Shown here piece by piece: positions 23,667-33,534 of a DNA stretch of 64,000 nucleotides. The notes beneath the pieces were generated by a model. The model did no database searches. It had not been told where the DNA came from and saw nothing but the letters and a program-made list of their open reading frames with translations. A program made the position numbers and the translations under genes. Source of the stretch: a phage; the NCBI GenBank assembly GCA_024672275.1, contig GCA_024672275.1_4536.1. One strand, written 5' to 3'. Position 1 is the stretch's first letter; each line of letters begins with the position of its first letter.

Positions 23667-26542
23667 TGTCAAGAGTTAAGCACAATATTGACAACACGTT
23701 TCAGTTGATTGAAGGGTTGGTTCAGTTTTTGGAAAGAAATACTGGTCTTACCATAGATCCTACGGTTCAGCACTACATTATCAACCCACAAAACGTATTG
23801 GCGAACAACAGACACTTTATTAACTGGACAGCGCAGGAAGGGCAACCAAACGGTGACGCTACTACCGAAGGTCAATCTGTGCTTATCACTGGTTTTGCTT
23901 ATGCATATTTGGCTACAGGAGATAAAAAATATCTTGAATCTGCCGAGAAGTATTGGCAAGCCTATATAGATCACTTCTTCGGGGGCCAACCTATTCCTGA
24001 TCCTCCAGCTAAGTATCGTCCCAACTGGATCATCAATGGTAAAGAACCACGTTTAGCACACTACCCTCTCACAGATGATGGGTATCCTACGCACGGTGGG
24101 TTCAAAGGTAGCATGATGACTTGGATTAACGGAAGGACTGTTATTCCTAAAGGTGCGCCACATTGGGGAGAATACTTAGATAAAGCTTGGTTTGCTTTCA
24201 ATGGTAATCTTGGTTGGAACTCTGTTAACGCAACAGTGTATGCAACTAACCCAGATGGTTCAACCAACTGGAAAGAATATGGAGATCAGTGGGACGTTGA
24301 ATGGATTATAGATCGTCTAGGACGTAAAGTTGATTGGGATGGTAACATTTTATCTACAGGTCACAGGTTCGCAGAATATGGAACAGTGCAACTTAAAAAT
24401 ACTTCTGTGAACGGGGACTATAAATTCAACTACGCTACATGCAATCCTGTAGAACACGGTGGATATCTGCTTAAGCGTAATGAGATGTGGCATAACCGTC
24501 CTGTAAACGTTCCGGTAGAGTTAGGTTATCAAGACAATGCTTCCGATGCTGAAACGTGGTGGTGTGATGCAAACTACTTGATGTATCAGATCACAGGAGA
24601 GAGAAAATACTGGCTTTGCTGGCAATCTTCTTTATTGTTGTGTCAAGACTACTCAAACATCGATATGTTTGATAAATTCTTCCGTAGATCTACGACAGCA
24701 ATAATTCCTTTTACAGATGGTATCTCGTATGATTACTCATACCCATCTACAGCAATACCTAAATATTCTCGTGACGAGTTAGGATACACAGTAATTCGCC
24801 AAGATGTTGCAGCACAAACAACTCTAGAACAACAGGCAGTTTGGTTCAGAGTGGATCAGAATTCAAAACTGCGTATTGAGTTTCAAGGCGTAGATGATGC
24901 AGGGGAAGGTGTTCTTTTCCGTCCAGAGTTAGAATTAAGCAAGACTAAGAGTGAAACAGACACAGTGACATATCGTTGTGGCTTACCTCTTGGTGCAGCT
25001 AATATGACTAAGATGGATATACCTTTATCTAGTTTTATGCGCACCGAACCTCCTGGAGGTGGTGTATATATTATTGCTGAACCCAGAATTATTGTTGACT
25101 GGGGAAGCAATACTGTGATACAATATAAATATGCAACTGGTATTGCTGGGACAAATAGTGATCAGATAGTTTCTGCTAATATGGATTCAGATGGTGGTTT
25201 TACTGTTGGGTTTTGGTTAACACCAACTAAAACAGCCAATTTAAAATCTATTACATATCGTTCATACGCAGATGATTTTAACATCACTATTACGGATTCC
25301 GCAGGTTGGAGATGGTGGGCCATGTTAGAAAAAACAAATTCTGCATGGGTTACTAAAGCTTTAAGTCCTGCTGATTTCAAATTAAGCACTTGGCAACCCA
25401 ATCATAACGACACAGAGACAAAACCTTCGTCAATAAACCTGACTGCTGTTGATCAGATCAACATTGCATTGGATTCTGAACCTGCAAATGGCTTGACAGG
25501 GGCAATCGATTTTTATTGTGTTAACGATATCCCATCTTTGTATTCTTCAGCCGCTGGTGATGATTACACAATGTATTTCAGGGTTACAGTTTCATCTGAA
25601 AATCCTTATACAGCAAAACTTGGAGATTGTACAATACTGGACTATAAACTTGACAGTTTGAATTATACTCCAGGAATCATTCCATTTTCCAATATTAGTG
25701 ATCCTAACACAGCATTATATGACGGTTGGCGTGGTATTCCTTACCCAGGTTATCAATACCCATCCTTATATTGTTTTAAAGGGAGAGATATTGACTGGGT
25801 TCGTATGAACAACAGTATAGACTTTTTATATGATTCACAAATGTGGTTTTATAATAAGTTTGCCCCTGTAATGCCTGGGCCAATGGCACAAGCTTATGTT
25901 TGGGATCGTTGGGATGCTCATAAATATGGAAACAAAAATGAGTTCACAATGTATCATTGGAACGATAAAGCTTGGGATGGTTATGAAGCACGAGCATTCT
26001 TCTGTGCGTGTCATACGGTATACGAACTAAAGCGACGAGGAGCCGAAGTTCCTGAAAAACTTTTAACAGTTTGTAAAAACTGGATCAACTACCTGAAGTG
26101 GTTCCAAGATAACAACGAAGGAAGAACACCAACAATATTTTATCCCAACGGAGAAGTGGCTGCGCCTGTAGATGACTTTACAAGTCACATGTCTGCGCTC
26201 TTTATGGCGGGATGTGCTATAATGGGGATGGCTGGATATGATTCAGAAATTCCTAACATTAAAATAGTAGCAGACCGCTGTTTTGAACTTATTCAGGAAA
26301 ACTATATTGTTCTTGGTCCTAATCACGTTATGAATGGTTGTTGGAGTGCTGCTCCTAGACCAGACAGTGATAACGGAGTCTTCTTTGGCTTCCACGCTGG
26401 AGAGTTGTTACGTGGTTTTGGGTTGTATGCTTTATACAAAAAACTTAATCCCCAAAATGCATTACCTGTTTTGGATTCGAGCAATATTCCTGCACTTACT
26501 GTTTTGACAATGGCAAACATTAGTGTGGACGTTACCGAGTAA
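23666..26542 (+). CDS. large virion-associated protein, possibly a polysaccharide-degrading enzyme
   Basis: 958 aa; Trp/Tyr-rich segments (AYAYLATGDKKYLESAEKYWQ, AQAYVWDRWDAHKYG) suggestive of an alpha/alpha-toroid glycoside hydrolase or lyase; functional call is inference. Confidence 0.35.
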   Translation: MSRVKHNIDNTFQLIEGLVQFLERNTGLTIDPTVQHYIINPQNVLANNRHFINWTAQEGQPNGDATTEGQSVLITGFAYAYLATGDKKYLESAEKYWQAYIDHFFGGQPIPDPPAKYRPNWIINGKEPRLAHYPLTDDGYPTHGGFKGSMMTWINGRTVIPKGAPHWGEYLDKAWFAFNGNLGWNSVNATVYATNPDGSTNWKEYGDQWDVEWIIDRLGRKVDWDGNILSTGHRFAEYGTVQLKNTSVNGDYKFNYATCNPVEHGGYLLKRNEMWHNRPVNVPVELGYQDNASDAETWWCDANYLMYQITGERKYWLCWQSSLLLCQDYSNIDMFDKFFRRSTTAIIPFTDGISYDYSYPSTAIPKYSRDELGYTVIRQDVAAQTTLEQQAVWFRVDQNSKLRIEFQGVDDAGEGVLFRPELELSKTKSETDTVTYRCGLPLGAANMTKMDIPLSSFMRTEPPGGGVYIIAEPRIIVDWGSNTVIQYKYATGIAGTNSDQIVSANMDSDGGFTVGFWLTPTKTANLKSITYRSYADDFNITITDSAGWRWWAMLEKTNSAWVTKALSPADFKLSTWQPNHNDTETKPSSINLTAVDQINIALDSEPANGLTGAIDFYCVNDIPSLYSSAAGDDYTMYFRVTVSSENPYTAKLGDCTILDYKLDSLNYTPGIIPFSNISDPNTALYDGWRGIPYPGYQYPSLYCFKGRDIDWVRMNNSIDFLYDSQMWFYNKFAPVMPGPMAQAYVWDRWDAHKYGNKNEFTMYHWNDKAWDGYEARAFFCACHTVYELKRRGAEVPEKLLTVCKNWINYLKWFQDNNEGRTPTIFYPNGEVAAPVDDFTSHMSALFMAGCAIMGMAGYDSEIPNIKIVADRCFELIQENYIVLGPNHVMNGCWSAAPRPDSDNGVFFGFHAGELLRGFGLYALYKKLNPQNALPVLDSSNIPALTVLTMANISVDVTE

Positions 26543-26550
26543 GGGGTAAA

Positions 26551-28704
26551 ATGAAACAAGCTATATTTACTGTCACGCGAGACAAGAGAGTAAATGCGAG
26601 TTCATTTAACTACACGACTGTTGACGGAACAGCAGTCGCTGGTAGAGATTATATTGCAAAATCGGGAACACTTGTGTTCCCTGATGATGCTGATTCTGCT
26701 ACTATTGTGGTTGAAGTATTTGAACGACCAAAGAACTCAATAGATCTTAACTTCTCCCTCCAAGTTTCAGGGATTAGTCAAAATAACATGATGGTTGAAA
26801 CAACCATCAATTGTATTATAACTACTATCCAAGAAAATACTACTCCAATAACTTGGACTACAAAAGACGTTAAAATGTTCTCTCCTATGTATTGGACAAT
26901 AGATTCTCAAGCAACGGAAAGTTGTTCTATTGTATCTCATGGAGACTCTTTTACTGCAAGATTTGTAAACAGAACAACAGCAGGTTTGGCAGGGGTTATC
27001 TGGAGCACAGTTGACAAATATGACCATAAAGGTGTTGGGTATTTGCCTCACACAGATTTAAGTTCAGAGAAACTTTGGTTTAAAATGGAAATTAGTCAAA
27101 ACATGCCAGGTTTTAAAGAAGAACCTTTGGTGCCGACTTTGACTGTAACTCTCCTGGATAAAAGTGTTCATTATGTCAGTTTAGGATTCTACGCTTCAGA
27201 TATTTCAGAAGATGGTAAAACAGCCACAATAAAGTTAGATTTTAGTAATATCTTTTCTGGCCCTAATAATGATATTCCTTTGGATATGAGTGCTGTAGAT
27301 AATATTTTCTTCTCTTTGATTACAGCAAGGTATGAAAAAATAGAAGAGGTTGTACCTATTGACAGTCAAGAGGCTTGGTTTACTTTCACTCTTCTTGAAC
27401 CTACTTCTGGTTACAGTATGATGAAAGTCAGCAACCTTGTCCAGCCTGAACATGATATTCGCATGTGCACATCTTATGATGATATGTATAACCTGACTCC
27501 AGAGAGAGTTATTTATAATACATATGCACTAGGTTATCGTGGAATGATTAACCATTACAACGGAATGTCTCACTATTATGAGTTCTCATGGAACGGAACA
27601 TCTTGGGCTTTAAATAGATCTGTTTTCCTGAATCCGGCTACAGAAGCTTGGCTTAACAGTTTCCATTCTATAGCTAATGAAAATGGCTACACAATAATGA
27701 ACTCTTTGAGTTTTGAGTTGATGAGCACAGTTTGTCCTGTTGAATGGGTCCAGCATGATTGGAACGATGCTCTTGCAGCAACAGGGTATAAGCCTCCTAG
27801 TTACGTGTTGTCTCCAACTATTGACGAAGGCATGGAATATTTGCAAAATGTTATTAACAAAATAGCATCTATTTCTCAAGCTAATAACATTCCAGTCGTC
27901 ATTCAAATTGGTGAACCTTGGTGGTGGTATAATACAGCAAGTAAAATGCCTTGCATATACGATTACACTACCAAACTGGCATTCAACACAGAAACTGGCT
28001 TATTTGCACAAGATGCAGGAACAATAGATAATTATAAAACAGGAACGCCGTTTGACGAATACTATGCATTTTTGTCTCGTAAACTGGGGTTAAGAGTTAC
28101 AAAGTTTGCAACAGACACCAGAGCAACTTATCCTGGAGCTAAAGTAACATTGCTTCCGTTCTTACCGTCAATTATTGGCAACGGTTTGATGGAGAAAGTT
28201 AACTTTCCGTCTGATTACTACATTCCTGAAGCTTTTGATTTTTACTGTTCAGAGTGTTATGACTGGCTTCTGGAAGGTAAGATGATGAAAGCATTTGATG
28301 CAATTACCATACCACATGAAAAATTAGGTTTTGAATATTCTGATATTCACTATCTTTCAGGTTTTGTTCCAGATGCTACTCTTGCGCCTTTGTATGGCTT
28401 CGATCCTGAATCAAACTACCGCACGTATCTTTGGAAAATGATTATAGGTAATATAGTGTTGAACGCCAACAAGTTTAACGGACTTACACAATATATATGG
28501 GCCTATCCTCAAATAATGCACGATTCCATTACGGTAGTTAACTCTCAATCCCAAGTTTTCTATATGGGTAATGTGCCTTTGAATTGCTATTTGCAAGATA
28601 TCACTCTTAAACAAGCAAATGTTGAGATTGCTACCATAAGTGGAATTACATTAGCTACTAAATCTGGAGAAGATTTAGTAACAACACAAAAATTTTATAT
28701 ATAG
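26551..28704 (+). CDS. structural protein with N-terminal Calx-beta-like domain
   Basis: 717 aa; N-terminus TTVDGTAVAGRDYIAKSGTLVFPDDADSATIVVEV fits the Calx-beta motif. Confidence 0.4.
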   Translation: MKQAIFTVTRDKRVNASSFNYTTVDGTAVAGRDYIAKSGTLVFPDDADSATIVVEVFERPKNSIDLNFSLQVSGISQNNMMVETTINCIITTIQENTTPITWTTKDVKMFSPMYWTIDSQATESCSIVSHGDSFTARFVNRTTAGLAGVIWSTVDKYDHKGVGYLPHTDLSSEKLWFKMEISQNMPGFKEEPLVPTLTVTLLDKSVHYVSLGFYASDISEDGKTATIKLDFSNIFSGPNNDIPLDMSAVDNIFFSLITARYEKIEEVVPIDSQEAWFTFTLLEPTSGYSMMKVSNLVQPEHDIRMCTSYDDMYNLTPERVIYNTYALGYRGMINHYNGMSHYYEFSWNGTSWALNRSVFLNPATEAWLNSFHSIANENGYTIMNSLSFELMSTVCPVEWVQHDWNDALAATGYKPPSYVLSPTIDEGMEYLQNVINKIASISQANNIPVVIQIGEPWWWYNTASKMPCIYDYTTKLAFNTETGLFAQDAGTIDNYKTGTPFDEYYAFLSRKLGLRVTKFATDTRATYPGAKVTLLPFLPSIIGNGLMEKVNFPSDYYIPEAFDFYCSECYDWLLEGKMMKAFDAITIPHEKLGFEYSDIHYLSGFVPDATLAPLYGFDPESNYRTYLWKMIIGNIVLNANKFNGLTQYIWAYPQIMHDSITVVNSQSQVFYMGNVPLNCYLQDITLKQANVEIATISGITLATKSGEDLVTTQKFYI

Positions 28705-28712
28705 GAGTAAAA

Positions 28713-30017
28713 ATGTCAACTACAATTACTAATTTACCAGAAACATCAAAAGTTAATGGTTCTGATTACCTGGTTTTAGACCAATCTGATAAGACTGTTA
28801 AAAGCACAGTTTCCAACTTTCTTACTGACACTGGGGTGGTTTTAGCCACCCAGTTGAAAGATACAGATGGAGCAGATTTAATACAATCCTCAAATGGTAA
28901 TACTGTTCAGGAAGAGTTGAATAACAATCTTCTTAATAATCGTGAACAGTGGCGTCGTAGTCTTGCTGAGGCAGGGTTAACCCTTGTCAACGGTAGCTTT
29001 GAAGAAGGGGCTACAGTAAACAATAAGACGGATGCTGTTTGGCATATTGCTGGTGGGCAGTGCTATACGTGGGATGGTGCTTTCCCTAAAGCTGTTCCCT
29101 CTGACTCAACCACTACATCAACCGGTGGTGTTGGAACAGGTGCATGGGTTAGTGTTGGTGATGCATCTTTGCGTACTGATTTATCTTCATCTGATGGTGC
29201 TGGGCTTATTGGTGTTAGCTCTGGAGGGACAGTACAAGGCTCCCTCTCCGACATTAAGAACTTAATTAAGCACGCGCAGCCGCTTTCTGACAGACGCATC
29301 GTAGCTATTGCTCACCGTGGATATTCAGAGACGTATTTAGAGCAAACACTGATGGCTTACAGTCAATGTAATGCTGATGTATTAGAAGTCGATATGCAAA
29401 CTACATCAGATGGGTATGCTGTGTGCTTCCATGACAATGACTTGTCCCCTGCTACCGTAGGAGGTTCTGGGGCGGTAAAAGATAACACATACTCCACCGT
29501 TTCCGCATTACGTTTTACAAGAGCCGTCGGTACAAGATACGCAGACATGGCGGGCATACCGACATTGGGGTCAGTCTGCCGGATTGCTATGCGACGCGGT
29601 AAAATGCTTCACGCAGAAATAAAAGGCTACAGAACGTTAGAAGATTGCGCTCTTTACTCGAGCATAGTCAACCAATACGGCTTGAGTCCATACACCACAT
29701 TTTCATGCTTCGACTTCGCTCCGTTGGCATACACCCACAACATAAATCCGCGTATTACCTACGCACTAGAGTTAAACTCTTACGATAGTAGCATGGACGC
29801 TAACATAGCAGAGCTTGCGTCCTGGGGCGGGTCTGTGTTGTCTATAAACAAAAACATATTGAGCACTATAGGCAATAAGAAGCTTCGCGAGTGGGAGGCT
29901 ATGGGGCTTACTTTGGCCGCATGGACGATATACACGGCAGAACAAATGCAGACCGTTGCCAATTACGGCATACGTCTTGTATATCTGGATAAAGATTTTT
30001 ACAACATTATAGGTTAA
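28713..30017 (+). CDS. tail fibre-like protein with C-terminal glycerophosphodiester phosphodiesterase (GDPD) domain
   Basis: 434 aa; N-terminal fibre-like region then HRGYSETYLEQT ... LEVDMQTTSDGYAVCFHDNDL (HRG / E-x-D...T-x-DG...HD GDPD signature). Confidence 0.55.
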   Translation: MSTTITNLPETSKVNGSDYLVLDQSDKTVKSTVSNFLTDTGVVLATQLKDTDGADLIQSSNGNTVQEELNNNLLNNREQWRRSLAEAGLTLVNGSFEEGATVNNKTDAVWHIAGGQCYTWDGAFPKAVPSDSTTTSTGGVGTGAWVSVGDASLRTDLSSSDGAGLIGVSSGGTVQGSLSDIKNLIKHAQPLSDRRIVAIAHRGYSETYLEQTLMAYSQCNADVLEVDMQTTSDGYAVCFHDNDLSPATVGGSGAVKDNTYSTVSALRFTRAVGTRYADMAGIPTLGSVCRIAMRRGKMLHAEIKGYRTLEDCALYSSIVNQYGLSPYTTFSCFDFAPLAYTHNINPRITYALELNSYDSSMDANIAELASWGGSVLSINKNILSTIGNKKLREWEAMGLTLAAWTIYTAEQMQTVANYGIRLVYLDKDFYNIIG

Positions 30018-30022
30018 CTGAT

Positions 30023-30790
30023 ATGAAGCAAATTATTAACTCCCGCAATTTCTCACACTGGGACTTTTTAAACACTGGTTCTGGTACAACGATGGTTGTG
30101 CCGGATGGTAGGTTACGTATGCAAAACCCTGATGACTCAAGCAGAGCAATGGTGATTCGCGATATCATGCTAATGCCTGGGGATACTGTGACCATCTATG
30201 GTATTGGAAGGACAACGTCGTTATCATCAGGCGCATTTATAATGGGGGTGGAGTACCCTGTTGGCAAACGCCTCGCTCAAGCTAACTTTATCCATAACGA
30301 AGACAGCTTACTTCTTAAATGTTCATGGAAATGTCCGGTAGACGCCGAACCGTGCACTGTTAGGCTTGCTTGCGGTCTTCCGAAATCAACAACAGCCATT
30401 GCGTATATGACAGACTTATGGATCGAGATTGACTCTGAAAACTTGAGTAGTCGACGCATCTTAATGGACGGTGTTCTTGAGATAAACGCTGGTGTGGCAT
30501 CTATATCAACGGCATATGACCGTTGTAACGTAGGATCAATTAACGCGTCCAGCGTCAACGTTGACATTAGCCCAGCCGTCTTCACCGCAGGAGACCGTAG
30601 GCCTTTGGCGTTTGTCCAGCCGATTTTTAACACTAAAGAAACGTACTCATCCGGAGTTTTAATTCCTGTCGCTGACTTCACTAAGGCTGGGGTTCTAAAC
30701 ATTAGACTTCAAAACCCAGCTACAGGGAATCTCGTAGGTGTTACTGGAGCCAGTATTTACAAAACAATAGCTTTCACTGTATATATTTGA
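30023..30790 (+). CDS. hypothetical tail-associated protein
   Basis: 255 aa ORF following the GDPD fibre gene. Confidence 0.4.
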   Translation: MKQIINSRNFSHWDFLNTGSGTTMVVPDGRLRMQNPDDSSRAMVIRDIMLMPGDTVTIYGIGRTTSLSSGAFIMGVEYPVGKRLAQANFIHNEDSLLLKCSWKCPVDAEPCTVRLACGLPKSTTAIAYMTDLWIEIDSENLSSRRILMDGVLEINAGVASISTAYDRCNVGSINASSVNVDISPAVFTAGDRRPLAFVQPIFNTKETYSSGVLIPVADFTKAGVLNIRLQNPATGNLVGVTGASIYKTIAFTVYI

Positions 30791-30802
30791 TTGCAATACA
30801 CT

Positions 30803-30822
30803 AAAACCCCGCCGAAGCTGGG
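30803..30822 (-). terminator. terminator hairpin (minus-strand orientation; may act bidirectionally)
   Basis: minus-strand cccagc-ttcg-gcgggg hairpin followed by TTTT; same gcttcggcgggg core as terminator at 19569. Confidence 0.5.
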
Positions 30823-30834
30823 TTAGTTCTATCA

Positions 30835-30864
30835 TCAGAACGGAATATCGTCGTCGAAATCCAT
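30835..30864 (-). CDS. 9-codon micro-ORF encoding MDFDDDIPF (the SSB C-terminal tip peptide); near-duplicate of the ssb 3' end
   Basis: ATG 30864..30862, stop TGA 30837..30835; AAGGAGG at 30884..30878; 30835-30872 matches 44042-44079 at 34 of 38 nt. Confidence 0.25.
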   Translation of the reverse strand: MDFDDDIPF

Positions 30865-31029
30865 CGGAGGCTCATTACCTCCTTGTGGGCTTTATTGTTT
30901 GGGTGGCAGTTGCTGTTTATCAACCAAACCAACGCTGCGGTAGGTAGGGGGTTTTTGTTGTACCCCCTAACAAATTATTAGGTAGACTGTTTTAGTCAAT
31001 TACGACTTAACTAACCTGAGAAAGTCCCT

Positions 31030-31320
31030 ATGGGAAATGAACCAGATAACGTAACTCTAGCCAGACTCGAGGAGAGACTGAGAAACATTTTCGAAAACCA
31101 AACCCGTGAATCAAGGGAAAGGGAGAAAATGGAAGAGTCTATTAAAAAACTAAGTGAGTCTATGGGCGACCTTAGTAACCGACTTAAACGGGTAGAGGAG
31201 AGCATCACTAAGTCTGAGCCTACTATTGAAGAGTTCATCACCATTAAACATAAAGTTGCTGGTGCTGGAATTTTTGGCAAGTTGGCATGGGCTGTAGCAG
31301 GTGCAAATGGGCTTCATTAA
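31030..31320 (+). CDS. hypothetical coiled-coil protein with hydrophobic C-terminus
   Basis: 96 aa; charged coiled-coil then GAGIFGKLAWAVAGANGLH. Confidence 0.35.
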   Translation: MGNEPDNVTLARLEERLRNIFENQTRESREREKMEESIKKLSESMGDLSNRLKRVEESITKSEPTIEEFITIKHKVAGAGIFGKLAWAVAGANGLH

Positions 31321-31497
31321 GGTTCACACAAGCTATGTCCTGCAAGCGCATGTCATCGCCATGTGATAAAATGATGAAAACATATCGTAGCAGGGTTAAT
31401 CTTGTCTTTAGTTACTATCGTACTAACTCAAAGTGTTGTCACTACCACTGCAAGCCCCTCCAAAGAGGGGCTTACTTAGAAAAACAAAGAGGTTGTT

Positions 31498-31806
31498 ATG
31501 AACGAAATGTTCTCCCAAGGTGGTAAAGGTTCAACCGGAATCTTAACCAATAAACAAGCAGTAGCCCGTCACTTTGGAGTTAAACAATCTGAGGTTGTTT
31601 ACTTCTCAATTGGTGTGGATTTGGGTGGGTATAAGGTTATCTATGACAAGGAGACGCAAAGGGCGTATTCCCTACCTGCTGATATTGCCCCAGGTACTAC
31701 TGCCATTAGTCTTAGTGCTGCTGTACTTGTGCATTCAGCGGGTTCTGTAGACCTTGGGGAATTAGCTATATCTTGTGATTTAAAAAGTAATGAGAACGCA
31801 CTATGA
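31498..31806 (+). CDS. hypothetical protein (102 aa)
   Basis: ATG with AGAGG RBS; coupled to downstream membrane protein. Confidence 0.45.
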   Translation: MNEMFSQGGKGSTGILTNKQAVARHFGVKQSEVVYFSIGVDLGGYKVIYDKETQRAYSLPADIAPGTTAISLSAAVLVHSAGSVDLGELAISCDLKSNENAL

Positions 31807-32045
31807 GAAAATTTTTAATAGGTATGTTCTGTACATATCCCGATAATAAAGTCAGTTCTACGAAAGTCTGGAACGCTGTAGGCATGTCGGTTATGACAGG
31901 CATGTTTATCTTTTTAGGAATAGAAAAAGAAATTCCTGAATGGATGGGTTGGGCTTTTGTTTTCATGATAACCCCTTCTCGCCTCATGAAAAATCTTATT
32001 GATTTACGTTGGGGCAGATCACAATCTACTAAAGAGGATGACTAA
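31803..32045 (+). CDS. small two-TM membrane protein, holin-like
   Basis: 80 aa; two hydrophobic helices and charged C-terminal tail (RWGRSQSTKEDD); ATGA overlap with both neighbours. Confidence 0.4.
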   Translation: MRKFLIGMFCTYPDNKVSSTKVWNAVGMSVMTGMFIFLGIEKEIPEWMGWAFVFMITPSRLMKNLIDLRWGRSQSTKEDD

Positions 32046-33532
32046 TGGACGAATATGGTTTGACAGATGCGGGATTTGTAATCCCGACTTTTGACGATGT
32101 TCTAAACAATTATATGACAGCAGTAAAAAACACATTTGGTGCAGATGCAGCCACTTCGGAAGATACTGTGATCGGACAACTGTTTAGAATAATTGCATAC
32201 ACAGATTACACATTGTGGGAAGGTATGCAAGGTGTTTATAATACTCAAACACTGGATGGTGCAGAAGGTATTTATCTTGATGAAATCTTTTCTAAACGCG
32301 GTTTCTATCGAGCAGGTGCAGCAGCAAGTACAGGTTATGCATATGTTAAGAGTAATAACAAAGCAGCTTGGACTTATGAGCTAGGCACGGATATTTACTT
32401 CAACTCTGACAGTGATATGAACTACTATGTTAGCACACCAACTATGTTGAATGCTAAGATTGCAGCTTATCAAATCACTCGTGCTAATGCAACTGCTACA
32501 GGTGTTCCAAATATTACTTTTTATGCACAAAGTGCGGTGGATGGAGGACTAAACAGTAAAACACTTGCACCTGGTTCTTCTACATTTATAACCGATCTTG
32601 AAACTTTTATCAAGGCAAACTTAACAGAGGCTGATCGTAGTCTTGTATTTTCTGATTCTGGTAACTTGTCAATTGGTTTTACTTCTTTAACCAGTGATAC
32701 TCCAGTGGGACTAGTAACTCCTATCAAATTTTATGCTAGTGTTCCAGTTGGAACAAAATGGAGTGAAATTCCGGTAGTTGCAGCAGAGAAAGGATACAAT
32801 CCGGTGGGTGTGGAGTCTATTACAGGAATATCTTCTACCTTTACAGGTTATCTTGATAGTGGTAACTTCTATTCGTTTTCTCCTGGTCGAGATGTTGAGA
32901 CAGATGCAGAATTCCGCTCTCGTTTCAATGACAACGTTGACGAAGCTAACGCAGGGACACGAGCAGCTATTGTGAAAGCTCTGCTACTTACAGATGGTGT
33001 TACTAAGGTGAAGATTTATGATAACCCTACATTACATGATCAAGAACATGCTCCAGCTATGACTTTCCAGACTATAGTTTATGGTGGCAGTGCAGAAGAA
33101 ATTGCAAATGTTATCTATAAAACCAAACCAATCAACACTTTGACACACGGAACAACTAACATAACAGTTACAACAGAAGATGGAGGACAAGAAATTATTC
33201 GCTTCTCTCCTGGTGCTTCTGCTATGTATTCTGTAAAACTTGTTTATCAAACTGTCAACGGAACAACTTTAAGTGGAACAGAAAAACAAAACATCGTAGA
33301 AGCTTTACAAAACCTGCAAGCTTACTTTGAGTTAGGTTCTTCAGTAACGAACGATCAAATCAAAGGTGTTATTTATGCAGCACTTGCTTTTGGACGCTTG
33401 ACTTCTCTTCGTGTTTATGTTAAACTTAATACTGAGGATGACAGTAAATATACAGAGAATAATATAGTTCCTGCTTATAATGTTGTCCCTTCTTTTGACC
33501 TTGATAACATTTCTTACGAGTATGGAGTGTAA
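32045..33532 (+). CDS. baseplate J-like protein
   Basis: 495 aa; N-terminus MDEYGLTDAGFVIPTFDDVLNNY typical of baseplate J family; followed by gpI-position gene and a tail fibre. Confidence 0.55.
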   Translation: MDEYGLTDAGFVIPTFDDVLNNYMTAVKNTFGADAATSEDTVIGQLFRIIAYTDYTLWEGMQGVYNTQTLDGAEGIYLDEIFSKRGFYRAGAAASTGYAYVKSNNKAAWTYELGTDIYFNSDSDMNYYVSTPTMLNAKIAAYQITRANATATGVPNITFYAQSAVDGGLNSKTLAPGSSTFITDLETFIKANLTEADRSLVFSDSGNLSIGFTSLTSDTPVGLVTPIKFYASVPVGTKWSEIPVVAAEKGYNPVGVESITGISSTFTGYLDSGNFYSFSPGRDVETDAEFRSRFNDNVDEANAGTRAAIVKALLLTDGVTKVKIYDNPTLHDQEHAPAMTFQTIVYGGSAEEIANVIYKTKPINTLTHGTTNITVTTEDGGQEIIRFSPGASAMYSVKLVYQTVNGTTLSGTEKQNIVEALQNLQAYFELGSSVTNDQIKGVIYAALAFGRLTSLRVYVKLNTEDDSKYTENNIVPAYNVVPSFDLDNISYEYGV

Positions 33533-33534
33533 AA

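Noticed and set aside
30935-30968. Hairpin agggggt-ttttgttgt-accccct as a terminator
   Set aside because: Stable 7-bp stem but no U-tract on either strand; noted only as possible RNA structure.
31287-31526. 79-aa Cys/Arg-rich ORF between 31030..31320 and 31498..31806
   Set aside because: Overlaps both neighbours, no RBS, unusual composition; likely spurious.
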